Shown one piece after another: positions 11,901 through 23,847 of a stretch of 64,000 nucleotides of DNA. The position numbers were made by a program, and so were the translations under genes. This DNA comes from Podarcis melisellensis (taxonomy: Eukaryota): the NCBI GenBank assembly GCA_964234715.1, contig OZ174276.1. One strand, 5' to 3'. Every line of letters begins with the position of its first letter. Position 1 is the stretch's first letter. The notes under the pieces are model-generated. The model had not been told where the DNA came from. It saw only the letters and a list, made by a program, of their open reading frames with translations, and ran no database searches.

Positions 11901-14900
11901 TAATGAGCAATAAGTTTCACTTTCACCTTTTCTTCCATATGGTACATACAAATTCATATGGGAATCTGCACCTATGACTATTTCAGCCACACAAAACTAC
12001 TCTGAGATGTAATGAACTCTCATGAGGAATTTAGCTTTTTTTAAACACACATACACACTTTCCACCTACTAGTTACATATGGATAGGAGTTACATGCACA
12101 TAATATGGAACTCTGCAAAACAATGAGTATAACCTTTAATCTAGATCACAGATAGAGCACATCTGGGACATTTTCCAAAATGATTCACAGAATGTAAACG
12201 TGGAATGTGGGATGTAATCCACTGGGAGCAGTCAAATATAACATTCCTTGTTTTCCTAGAGTGGACATGCAAGGGGATGTTGGTCCAGCCAGTTGAACTT
12301 CCTGTTACACCTGGCTGGAGCATCCTTCCTTGCATGTGACTAGTGGGTGGGCTTGACCTTTCCAGAACTGGAAAAAGGCCAAGGCATGCTGCCACCCTCC
12401 CTCTTTTCCATCTTCCTTTCATCCTGCGAACTTCCTGGACTGAACCGCTGGCTGCCGGCCAAGCAGTCCTCCAGATCATCTCCCTTATGGGGTAAACCTG
12501 TTTGCATATGTTTGTAACTTTAAGTCTAAAGCCTGGCTTCAGGGATCACACTGATCGTAAGTAAAACAACTTTTTGTTACTTATGAATAAGACTGTGGTG
12601 TCTTTATTCTTTTAGGAGGGATTTAAAAGGGGATCTTACCAGGAACCTACAATTCAATCTGAGGCAGACTGAATTGCATAATAGTAAGAGGTTCTAACGA
12701 GCCTGCAACCAGCTTTCTGCTGTGAGTAAGAAGGGGAATGTAAATTCTGCTAAGTAAAGAAGGATATTAATAAACAATATATCCTCTCCTGCCACCCTCA
12801 ATGGAAGTCCCACACGGAAGTCCATTCAGGAAGAGGGAAAACAAAATGGGCAGATTATCTCTCTCTCTTTCCTGGCTGTACAAGCAGAATGCACTTCCAT
12901 ATGTACAAGAGAAGGGGGATTTCCTTTCACTGGCAGCACCTTAAGGTGTGGTGCTCTGGATGGCCTCTCTGGTTCTGGGAATTTTGAGGGAATGGGGACT
13001 ACCACTGGAGAGGAGACTATCAAGCCTAGCATACCTAGGTACCTTTGTAAGCTTACAAAGACAGCATAAAGGAGATCATAATTTTGCCATATTGATTGCC
13101 CTCAGCATCAGGTAACCAGAGGTTCCATTTAAGTAATGACTAATAATAGGTCATCACAAATGTCTGATAAACACATATGGTTTCCAAAACAGTGAGGGCT
13201 TGTAGGAATGTTTAGAAAGATAGGAGAGGAGATGCTAATTAGGTATGAATCAAGACAAACAGCAATCCATGGAAAGCCCAATTGCCGATTGGCTCTAATT
13301 CAGCAGTAAAATGCAGGTTTTCCTGGGGAAAGCACCAAGACAAACAAAAAACAAAAAACACACACACCATGCTTAGACACAGAGCTTTAAAACCTGGACC
13401 TGTGCCTAAAAACATGGCACAAAATGAAGTCTGAATGAGCCCTGAGTTATGTGCTAGAGTGATCTTCTAAAGATGAGATGAGAAACCTGTAGTCCTCTAG
13501 ATGTTTTTCAATTACAACACCCATCATCCCTGGCCACTGAACATATGACTGGGGCTGATTGAAGTTGATGTCCAACAAAACTGGGAGGACCACAAATTTC
13601 TCATTGCTGTTCTTCAGAATTTTCTCTCCTGGCATGATCTCTTTCCCAGACTTTACATCAATTTAACTCCTTTGCGTCTCTGTTGTTTTTAGGATGAAGA
13701 ACAAACATTGTGGATCTCCACCCTGTACATTTATACTGTGGGATATACTTTTTCTCTTGTTTCCCTTGTCTTAGCGCTTTTCATACTGATGCTGCTCAGG
13801 TCAGTATAATCTATCTTTCAGTAAAACATGGTGTTCTGGAGTTACCCAGTGGTACATTTTCCAGTTGCCAGGAGCTGGGATTTGGACCTGGGTTTGCATT
13901 ATAATCTAACGTTAAATGATGGCTGGTGTCATCCTGGACAAAGTGAGAGAAACTTCCCTCTTCCTAGATCAATCAAAGGATCCGCTCACCTAATAATAAT
14001 GCTGAAGTTGCCCTGGTCAAAGCACACCTATGAGAGCATGAAATCTGTACAGTTTTAATTGCATTGTGTATCATGGCAGCTGAGAGGGATAGAGGGGTGA
14101 TCAGATGTTATCAGTGGGCCACCTGTTACCTGAGCATTATAAAAGAAGGCAAAAGATTGCATAATGTAAGTAGGCCCTTGTGCAAGAAATAAACTAGATG
14201 TTGACTAACAAGCTTCCAAATCTAATGTTTCCTTCACAAAAGTATTGCAACAAATGAGCAACACCCACAGGAGAGAATAAATTAATTGGACATGATTCCT
14301 ATTAATGCTTGCCTGCCTACTGATTCTCCCCTGAAAATGTTCACACAAGCAGTTTCTAACCCTCCCCAGAGAAGCAGTTTGCTCCAAAACTGGAGATGAA
14401 CCCAGCTAGTGTGGAAATGGCAGAGGTGGGTGGGAATCTTTGTAGCCAGCATGAGTTAAGCATCCCCCTTCTGCTGATCTTCTCCTGTAAGTGTTCCACT
14501 AGTCTCAGCACTCCCATCCTTAGCAAATTATTGGCTGGGATGAGAGATGTCGTTCCACCCTAAGCAGTGTTTGTCTTTTTCTGCTGCAACATGAGGCCAT
14601 CTAATAGCAATGGCAGCAGTGAGGTCCTCTTGCTCATCAGCCCTATAGGAGGGACACACACACACATTTTTATTTAGGAGCAGGCATCCCCAGCTCTGCA
14701 GTTCTCTGCAGAGAGTATATGCTGTAAACCACACATACCACACCAACTTTCCCACTGCCTCTTTTCCTTTCTTGCTTCACAGAAAATGAGCAACAGAGAT
14801 GGGAACTCCTATACTCTTGGTTGTCAGGTGTGCTAGGCCCAGTGTGGGATAAGACAGAAATTATGCTACTGGCACAACCTGCAGGCCTAGCTGACCCAAG

Positions 14901-17900
14901 TGTCCTTAGCACCTATAGTCACTAAGCCCCCACTAGGAAGGAAGAACATTTACAGCAGGGCAAGAACATGCTGTTATTCAGATCAGAATAAAACCAGCTT
15001 CAGTGGATTCTTAAGAGGATGCTTCTCTTCTTCCACAGGAAACTGCACTGCACAAGGAACTACATCCATATGAATCTGTTTGTTGCGTTCATCTTACGAG
15101 CCGCAGGAGTTCTCATCAAAGACAGAACAACCCACAGCACTTATGTATTTCTTTATGTGGACTCTGAAAAGCCAAGTGATCTAAATGGATGGATATCATT
15201 CTCAAGTCCAGAGGTACGGCATTGTTAAAAGCAAGTGGGTGGAAGAAAGAGCATCTAATGATACCTGGAGTTTCTATGTGTTCATGGCTGAATTCTGTAG
15301 CTGCAAAGCTTGCTAGAAAACTGTTGTTGATTGAACTCATTCAAAGCATTGCATTTCATGCTGAGCATCCTTTGCTAGCAAGTTTCAAGCTCTGCATACT
15401 TTCCTTTGTACGACGGTAACTGGCACACAAGTATGAAAATAGCTAGAAAATTCATTTATTTATTTATCCATAAAGCTTATAGACTGATTATTATTTTTTA
15501 CAAAAAAAAGCTAAAGTGGTATGCCAGTTAAAAAGCAGATAAAACAAGATATCTAAAAACAAGGTAAATGGCAAGTTAAAACAACTGGAGGAACAAAAGA
15601 TGGATATGTCCGGAAGATTTACACAGGTATATGCTGTCTTCCTCAGATGGCCTGCAGCCAGCACATACCACTCGCAATACAGATGCATTTAAGGCACAAT
15701 TATACCACTTTGACAGCCATGGATTGCAGGTAGTTTTTAGGAGAGCCCTTTATGCTCCTCGCAGAGCTACAATTGCTAGAGTAGTTTAACAATCAAGCCT
15801 TCTTCCCATAGAATTCTGAGAACTTTGGCTAATTTGACCCTGTTGGACTCTTGGGCCTTTGCATTGCTCATGCAGCAGAGACCAGGTTAGCAGCTTGTTT
15901 TGTTTGAAGGCTAGCTTGGCAGTGCAGAAGGAAGGTATCTGGGCCCTGCTGCTAGTGTTCTCCATTTGAGAACCACCCAGCCACAGAGCTTTGTAGTCAT
16001 TAACATTTAACAAAACTGCTTTAGAAGAATAGAGCTTTTCAAATATTCATTTTGACTGACAAGTATCTGACTTGCTTAACAAAAATTCCACATATCTGTA
16101 TGTACCAAGCTGTATTTTGATAATTGGTAGTACCAAGTTTTACTTTGCTGTTGACGGTTGATCAATATTAACTTTTCTTCTCACTATCTCATTTCCACAG
16201 AAGTTGTTCCTGTGCAGGATGGCTCAGCTTTTGATGCATTATGTTGTTGGGGCAAATTTCTTCTGGATTTTAGTGGAAGGGATTTACCTCCATAGATTAT
16301 TGGTAGCCACTGTGCTCTCTGAGAAACATCTGCTGTTGAGATACATCTTCATTGGATGGGGTAAATATGCAGATTTTTTTTCCAGCAGCGCTTATAGTCC
16401 ACTGTTTCAGGATTGGTTAGCATCAATCTAAAACCCATGTCATCAAGGCAGCTGCAGCCACGAAGGCCATGTCTATATTGAAGATAAGCCACCTCTCTCT
16501 ACTTCCCTGCAGTCACAACTGCCCTGGGCCACCTTGGGAGGAAAGGCAATATATAAAAGTACAATAAACTGAATAAATAATAATCACCATCTGAGAAATG
16601 ATCCAAACCCTGCCCTGCATTTTGACATCAGATTATTATAACCATACTCTTCTTTTAACTTTGTTCTTGCTTTTAGCTGCTCAGAGACTGTCCTTGGATA
16701 AAGAGGGTTACAAAAATGTATGACTGAATCAACAAGAGAAAAAAGTTGCTGTGATCATACCTTTGTCTTGTACACAAATTAGTAATATTCCCTCCCATCC
16801 CTATATTCCAGCTACTCCATTATCATTTAGTCCACATGCACAACAACTGTTACATATTGCCCATTGTAAAGTCACATTGTCCCTGCATCTCAATTTTCCC
16901 CAGGTTTTCCAGTTCTGTTTGTGGCTTCCTGGGGAGTAACAAAATACCAACTGGAGTATGAGGGGTAAGTGTCTGTTTCCACGTGTTCCTCTGGCTTGGT
17001 TTGTTGCTTCAGTTTCTGCCAAGACAATAGAAGGCATGGCCTGCTGGTTTAAATAAAGGTCTTCGGATGGATACAGACAAATATTTTGCTCTGTGGTGGT
17101 CATTTGTAAACAGGCTGTGGAGATGGTGATCTATAGTATATAGCCAGATAGTGATGGCGACTTTGCTAAAACACATACACACACCCAAGCACCACCAGTT
17201 TCTGATTTTCTAATCCCCCTATTATTGATGTTTATAAGGACATAGTAAGATCAGTATTGTGAATGGTATAGGAAAGCTTAGCTGATGTGGGCCTGATCAG
17301 AGCTTGAACAAGAGGCCACTGAGAACTTGATACAAGCTGCTCTGAGCTTTTGAAAGAAAGAGTGGGATGTAAGTATAATTAATAAATAGACCTCATGCTA
17401 CACCCTGTTGGTCCCTAATGCTAAACCAAAGGAATTAAGTGAAGTTAACCTGGCGTTTAGGTGCACCTAGTGGAACACAAATGAGTCATCATCATTTGCT
17501 TCCATAGGTATCAGTTGCTTAAGCTTCCATTAGCAAGCTCATTATAAAAATAAGAAATTGCATTACAACCCACTACGGCCACGACCATTATAATAATGGT
17601 CTTGTGTTATGGGAAAATGCATGCCTTGGGATTACTTGCTTAGGAATGGATTATTGTTGACAATTGATTTTGAAAAATGTAATCTTGATGAGTAATCTGA
17701 TTAGTCCTCTTGGCAAAAAAAGCAACCAGGTTCACGGGTCCTATCCAAATCTATTTAAAAATAATGTGGCTTGCCATTTGTGCTTATGTGAGCTGACAGA
17801 ATAATTTTGATTTACTTCCTAGATGCTGGGCAACACATCACAACATGGCATTCTGGTGGATCATTCGAGGGCCCATTTTATTTTCCATTGTTGTAAGCAT

Positions 17901-20900
17901 CATGGCATAAATTTGATTAATACTTTATACAGTTGTGGTGGTATGTTTCTGTTACATTATTTGCAAGGGGAGACATCTTCTGGTGCACAGCAGGGAGAGA
18001 CTGACTTGGGCCCTTTCCATGATTTGTGTCTCTCTGTATTTTACAAAATAAAGACACGGGACTAACCCTAAATAATTTAAAGCTAGGATTGATTGAACAA
18101 AAATGGCTGTGGAAGGCACAAGGCAGGACAGGGATTAAAGGTGGGGGAGAAGTTTGGATTAAACTGTGAACTGACTTAATCTGCACTTTCTGAAGCAATA
18201 TATGGACTGAAATCAGCTTCAAAATTCAGAAGATCAGAAAAATGAGAACCAGAGAGTGTCCCAGAGAAGGATATGAGCAAGATAGTCTTGGGAACATGAA
18301 CAGACAAATGCTTTTGCATTTATATTTTAAAAAGAGGGATTACATGCTATGATACCCATTCAAACAAATGAGAGTATGTAAACATGTCTGCAGGTATTAT
18401 GTGTGTGTGATACATAAGATATTGGCAAGGGTACTTGTCCTTGGTGTTCTTTTCCATCCGCTACTGATGCTCCCTGTTCCAGCAACCATTAATAAAGATC
18501 AAAAGTATCTTGGATCAAAAGCCTGACCTAAAGAAAGGGGTGGGGACAGAATGAGCTAAGAGAAATGGCAGGAAAAATTGTCTAAATGTGATGGGTAGAA
18601 AATCTCTAGAAACAATGTCTTTACACATTAAGAGGCTGCAATACTAAATATATTTACCTCAGAGTAAGCTCAACTGAATTCAATAGGACTTACTTCTGAG
18701 TAAACACGGTTAAGATTGTGCTGTGAATTGTTGCTTGTGGTTAATTTCTTGTGATTGCCCCATTGCTAGCCAAATAATGTTCATTGCATTTACTGAAACT
18801 AACCAAGAGGTGTGTTTCTTTGAAGGTTAACTTCTGCATCTTTCTAAAAATTGTGAAGCTGCTACTTTCCAAACTTAAAGCCCAGCAAATGAGCTTTCGT
18901 GATTATAAATTCAGGTAAATATTACATTCTCAGATTTGTACTTATCTACTTAGCCTTCTACAGTACCTTTTAAACTGGAAGAAGAATCCACTGATTATGT
19001 TCCAGTTCATTCTAAACAAGAATTTCCTGCATATCTATTTTTCTTTGTTACATGTGCTGGAGAGAGAGGTTTGGACGAGATTCTAACTATCTTGGCTCGC
19101 CAGAGCAGCGATGTCACACTGGCCATGTGACCCGGAAGTGTCTCCGGACAGTGCTGGCCCCTGGCCTCTTAAGTGAGATGGGTGCACAACCCCAGAGTCT
19201 GTCAAGACTGGCCCGTACGGGCAGGGGTACCTTTATGGTACATCTTACCATGGACAGCCTCATACTTAGGCTAGAATATATCACAGTCATGTTGTTTTGC
19301 ACATAGGTGAATATTTTACTTACAAAGTTTCAATAGTAGTCAGAGAACATGTCTTTATTGTTATGAGTTGGGAGGCAGACCCTTCATAATCTCTACAATC
19401 AGTGAAGGGTTAGAATTTGAGCAAACTCATAAATTCATGACTTTAGCAAGGGCTGGAAACAATACCAGCTAGCTTTCTTATGAGCCCAGCCTGGCAGTGG
19501 CTTGCTGGGGTTGGTCACTGAAGAAACAAAAGGCTGATAAGCGCCTAGTTTGTTTAACAATGGTAAACTCACTAAGACAATAAATCTGTGTCTGGGCTGT
19601 AACACTTCAGGTGAATTGTCATCTCAAAACAACCGCAACATACTTATGCCCATAAGGTGAAAAGGTTAAGGCTAATGACACTTTAAAGACTAGCAAGTTA
19701 GTTTACTATGACATAAGATTTTATGGATAACAATCTGCTTCTTCAGAAGAATGAAGTGTTATCCTGAGTTACAGGTACTTACCTACATGTCTGGAGGGCA
19801 GGGACTGTAAGCAGCGAAGTCAGAAGGAAATGAAATTCAGCAAAGTACAGTCTATGATAATTACCACTAAGGTAAAGGTAAAGGGACCCCTGACCATTAG
19901 GTCCAGTCATGTCCGACTCTGGGGCTGCGGCGCTCATCTCGCTTTACTGGCTGAGGGAGCCGGTGTACAGCTTCCGGGTCATGTGGCCAGCATGACTAAG
20001 CTCCTTCTGGCGAACCAGAGCAGCGCACGGAAATGCCGTTTACCTTCCCGCTGGACGTGCTTTCGAACTGCTAGGTTGGCAGGAGGAGGGACCGAGCAAC
20101 GGGAGCTCACCCCATCGCGGGGATTTGAACCGCTGACCTTCTGATTGGCAAGTCCTAGGCTCTGTGGTTTAACCCACAGAGCCACCTGCATCCCGGTAGT
20201 TACCAGTAGTTAGCGGTAATGCAGATATACATAATACAGTTAAAAAGCCTTTGTTCCAATTCAGTCCTCAAGTGACAACATTTAACTTCTTGATAAAATT
20301 GTAATTCAACAATGTCATGTTGCTGGAGGTTTGACAAAAATCCTTAAATATATCCTTAATTACAGGAGTGGGGAAACTGGCCTTCCAGTTATGTTGTTTT
20401 TCCATAATCCCTGACAATTGGCCATACTGGCTGGGATTGATGGGAGACAAACAACATTGGTAGGACCACAGATTCACCACCCCTGTGTTAAAATATCAAT
20501 ATCTATGTATGAGGTTTGATCATTCTAATGCTAGCACCAAACAAACAGAAGTGAGTGGATAATATCATGATTCCATTGCGATTTCTTGATGCAGTTTATC
20601 TCTAGGATTGAATTCATTCTTATGGTTATTTTTATTTTTAGACTGGCAAGATCAACCCTTGTGTTAATACCATTGCTTGGGATTCACGAGATTGTCTTTA
20701 ACTTCATTGTGGATGAAAGAATTGATGGTCTTTCCAGGCACATAAAAGTCTTCATTCAGCTGACCCTGGGCTCCTTTCAAGTAAGTTCTTGTGCTGGAAG
20801 GGGCATTATTGATTACCACTAATTAATAAAAAGGGCATTAATTGATATATATGATGAAAAGAAAAGAAATAATAATCTTCATACTAAAACCATAGAGCAG

Positions 20901-23847
20901 AGAGCAAAAAATCTTCAAACAAAAATACAACATAGGGTTGAATATTACAACTATTGTAATATAATGCTTATTTACCCGAGAAAGCTCCAAATTTCTTGTG
21001 TATAACTTTTAGACATCTAGAGTCACATAAGTAAACCATGGTTGCTGGAAATATTAGTGAATGAGGGAGGGAGAGAGCACTTTTTGATATATGGTTCTCA
21101 AGAAGAACTCTGTGGAAAATGTTCTTGAATATAAATAGCTGGTAAGGGTTTGCAAACGAATGCTGGAAAATTTGGGGAACAGACTATGTAATTTGATGAG
21201 TTAGCTGAGGAAATAGCAATTCAGGAAACAACTTTCAGAGTAGCAAGCATTAGAAGTTAAAAATGGTCATCACTCTTCAGACATGTGGTATACCATATTC
21301 TGTACTAGTCTACAAATGCAATAAAGAACTTTGCAGCTAGTTCATTAACTATTAAATACAAATTCAGATTTGCTTGGGGATTTGTTGGTCCCAAAGAATG
21401 AGACATTTGGACTAAGTAAAGAGTTGCCATTAGTTCCGTTTTTTAATGGGGAATTATGCAGTGTCTTTCAATCTTCATATATAAATCTCCGTGAGGAGAA
21501 ATGCTTTGAGTCTTAGATGTCCTTAAATTCTTGCCAGCAGGAACCAGGTGCAAGAAGTCAGATGTATATCAGTCCAATATGCATGTTTCTTGCACCACTA
21601 CCTTTTTAGCATGTCAATACTAAGTGGGGTTGGGGGGTCAGCTACTGAGCTTTTGGAAAACTGGCTAAATTTGATACTGTTCTTACAAGGTCTCAAAAAC
21701 ACATCCTTGGGAGGGTTAAGTTCACAAGCTATACATGTAATTTTGCCCTAAACTTCAGTTGCAATATTTCCTGCACAGCCTAATGCGAAATGCACAGATT
21801 AGGTCAAAGTGATATATTTCGTGGGACCAACCTTAGTGGTTTAAAATTGCAAGCCTGACATTTCCTCGAGCAAAATTGTTCTAAGAAAAATAGAACAGAG
21901 TTTTGGGTACTGGTGCCTCATCACATGATACCTGAGAGATAAAGGTGATTTTTGAGCAAGGGGAAGTTAGTTGTGCTAATGTTCAATTTAGCAGCATGAT
22001 GACTCAGGTTTCAGGTGTTTTCTAGGAACAATATTCTATGATTGCATAAGCTTGTAGCTGAATTGTACCTTGGCAAATTTCATCCAGATCTAATTTACCT
22101 TCTCTCTCTTTTCCCTTCCAGGGTTTCTTTGTAGCACTTTTATACTGTTTTTCTAATGGAGAGGTAAAATATCCTTCTTGACCTTCATTTCTAACCACTT
22201 GTTTCTCTTGGAAGATGTTGCTTAGAACAGACTGACTGGTGCAGCTTGCACTTTGTCCTGTGTGACGTTCTTGGTGGTCACCTGGCATTTTATATCAGTT
22301 AGTATATATTGAAGAGTTATTCAGTTTTCCATTGTGTTCCTTGCAGTAGTTGGAGATATCATGCAAGGAACACGACTCCTTTCAGGCTGCTCCTTGAAAC
22401 AGCAATATAGGGTACCTACATGTAAACAGATCAACTTGCAATAAGCTGCCCATGCATACCAAGCAAATGGCCAGGATGCTACCCTTGCGCCTCTAATTAT
22501 GAGGAGGGGCACCAACCTGTCCTGATGTGCAACAGATTGGAGTAGAGCTGAGCCCAAATGGAAGGGGGAACATTCCATTACATGAAGGTTTTCATTCTCC
22601 AGGAAGTGTTCTCCTCCCCTCTTCACTGAGGGCAGGGAGCAGAAACTGGTAGGAAGGAAGGATGGCAGAAAGATATGTGGAGAATGGGAGGCAGCAGCAT
22701 AAACAGAGTGATATTCACAATATTCAGCTGCTGCACTGTAAAAAACATGCTGAAGTCATTTAAATAGCAACTATTCGTAAGTGTCTGTGTACGCTGTCCA
22801 AGAACAGTGGTACCTCTGGTTACGTACTTCAATTGTTCTGGAGGTCCGTTCTTAACCTGAAACTGTTCTTAACCTGAAGCCCCACTTTAGCTAATGGGGC
22901 CTCCTGCTGCCGCCGCGCGATTTCTGTTCTCATCCTGAAGCAAAGTTCTTAACCCGAGGTACTATTTCTGGGTTAGCAGAGCCTGTAACCTGAAGCGTAT
23001 GTAACCCGAGGTACCACTGTATTGTGATAACATCAATGAGAAACCTGCTCTCTGTATAAAATGCACACAGAGTTCTGTGGGAACACATCAGGACAGTAAG
23101 GGGAAAGGTGTAAAGTAGATCGGGACCTCTTGAAAGGGGCATTAGGAGCAGGTGTACTGGGCTAAACACTGCAGAGAGGCCTAAGATTGTACTTTGTGCT
23201 GCAGGTCTCAGAGTAATTACTTGAGCAGTCAGGACTTCTGCCTGTTGGGTCGGTGTGGGGAATGAACTCTAACTTCCACCATCGCTGGCCATTGGCCATG
23301 CTTGCTTGGGCTGATGGGAGTTGGAGTTCTGCAATACCTGAAGACCCAAAGATTCCCTACTCTTACTGTGGGGTAACCTAGCCACAGCATACCTGAACTA
23401 AGAAGTTCCAGGCTTATCTGAAAGGACAGAAGCCCTAGGACGGGTCAAGGAAGCATTTATACTACATGCTGCAATCCATCTCAACTGTTCTGTTTGCTTT
23501 CCTTCCTTTTCCAGGTAAAAGCTGAACTGCGCAAGAAATGGTCCCATTTCTTGCTGGCATCCCCCTTTGTCTGCATGCCATGCTTTCTCGGAAAGAACAT
23601 CAAGCACCTGGGGAGATGTTCCAAGAAAGAGCATTCGAACAATAATTGCTTCTCCCTGGAGGTGACTCAGCCTCAGAGCACACAAGTGGCAAAGCAGAGG
23701 ACAGGCGGCAAAGCGGAGCTAAGCTTCGCATTAAAGCATATTCCCAGAGCAAGCCTCTCAGACAGCAGTGAAGGAGAAGTCACAATGGGGGAGACGACCG
23801 AGGAAGTCTTCGAAGAAAGCGAGATTTGTAACAAAAGTAAAAACTGA
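8817..23847 (+). CDS. GLP2R: Glucagon-like peptide-2 receptor (class B1 GPCR), spliced CDS, 5'-partial: join(8817..8907,10621..10725,11504..11625,13693..13799,15039..15213,16201..16360,16904..16964,17823..17892,18826..18914,20642..20780,22122..22163,23515..23847)
   Basis: All introns are GT..AG and phases join into one 1494-nt ORF. Six ECD cysteines; [42 protein letters not shown] and [21 protein letters not shown] class B1 motifs. The tail [25 protein letters not shown] and adjacency to GAS7 indicate GLP2R rather than GLP1R, GCGR or GIPR. Confidence 0.95.
10621..10725 (+). CDS. GLP2R: GLP2R exon 3 [34 protein letters not shown]
   Basis: ctcag|GA ... AATG|gtaag; 105 nt; secretin-family ECD CxxxFDxxxCWP motif. 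Confidence 0.96.
11504..11625 (+). CDS. GLP2R: GLP2R exon 4 [40 protein letters not shown]
   Basis: tttag|GA ... AAA|gtgagt; 122 nt; RxCxxxGxW...WxxxxEC; absent from the ORF track. Confidence 0.94.
12206..12814. mobile_element. Solo LTR (609 bp) in GLP2R intron 4
   Basis: Ends TGTGGGA...TCCCACA (TG..CA, 7-bp inverted termini); flanking 5-bp TSD TGGAA/CGGAA; internal AGTAAA and AATAAA. Confidence 0.78.
13693..13799 (+). CDS. GLP2R: GLP2R exon 5 (TM1) [36 protein letters not shown]
   Basis: ttttag|GAT ... CAG|gtcagt; 107 nt; YTVGYxFS motif. Confidence 0.94.
15039..15213 (+). CDS. GLP2R: GLP2R exon 6 (TM2, ECL1) [28 protein letters not shown]...[10 protein letters not shown]
   Basis: cacag|G ... 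GAG|gtacgg; 175 nt. Confidence 0.95.
16201..16360 (+). CDS. GLP2R: GLP2R exon 7 (TM3-TM4) [31 protein letters not shown]...IGW
   Basis: cacag|AAG ... TGGG|gtaaat; 160 nt. Confidence 0.96.
16904..16964 (+). CDS. GLP2R: GLP2R exon 8 [20 protein letters not shown]
   Basis: cccag|GT ... GG|gtaagt; 61 nt. Confidence 0.94.
17823..17892 (+). CDS. GLP2R: GLP2R exon 9 [23 protein letters not shown]
   Basis: cctag|A ... GTT|gtaagc; 70 nt; ECL2 CW motif. Confidence 0.95.
18826..18914 (+). CDS. GLP2R: GLP2R exon 10 [30 protein letters not shown]
   Basis: tgaag|GTT ... CAG|gtaaat; 89 nt. Confidence 0.95.
19093..19235 (+). mobile_element. 5'-truncated Sauria SINE, same subfamily as 3501-3859
   Basis: Reverse complement of ~3510-3651 with four CpG-type differences. 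Confidence 0.9.
19869..20194 (-). mobile_element. Sauria SINE, second subfamily
   Basis: tRNA head and (ACCTTT)n tail, different 3' body; decayed TSD gataattaccacta / ggtagttaccagta. Confidence 0.9.
20642..20780 (+). CDS. GLP2R: GLP2R exon 11 (TM6-TM7) [46 protein letters not shown]
   Basis: tttag|A ... CAA|gtaagt; 139 nt; PxxG motif. Confidence 0.96.
22122..22163 (+). CDS. GLP2R: GLP2R exon 12 [14 protein letters not shown]
   Basis: tccag|GGT ... GAG|gtaaaa; the typical 42-nt TM7 exon of class B1 receptors. Confidence 0.96.
22805..23019. mobile_element. Tc1/mariner (Tigger-like) MITE, same family
   Basis: CAGTGGTACCTC...GAGGTACCACTG TIRs; internal identity with 5496-5679. Confidence 0.85.
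23515..23847 (+). CDS. GLP2R: GLP2R exon 13 (helix 8 and cytoplasmic tail) VKAELRKKW...[11 protein letters not shown]
   Basis: tccag|GTA; stop TGA at 23845-23847. Confidence 0.94.
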   Translation, partial: VKAELRKKWSHFLLASPFVCMPCFLGKNIKHLGRCSKKEHSNNNCFSLEVTQPQSTQVAKQRTGGKAELSFALKHIPRASLSDSSEGEVTMGETTEEVFEESEICNKSKN

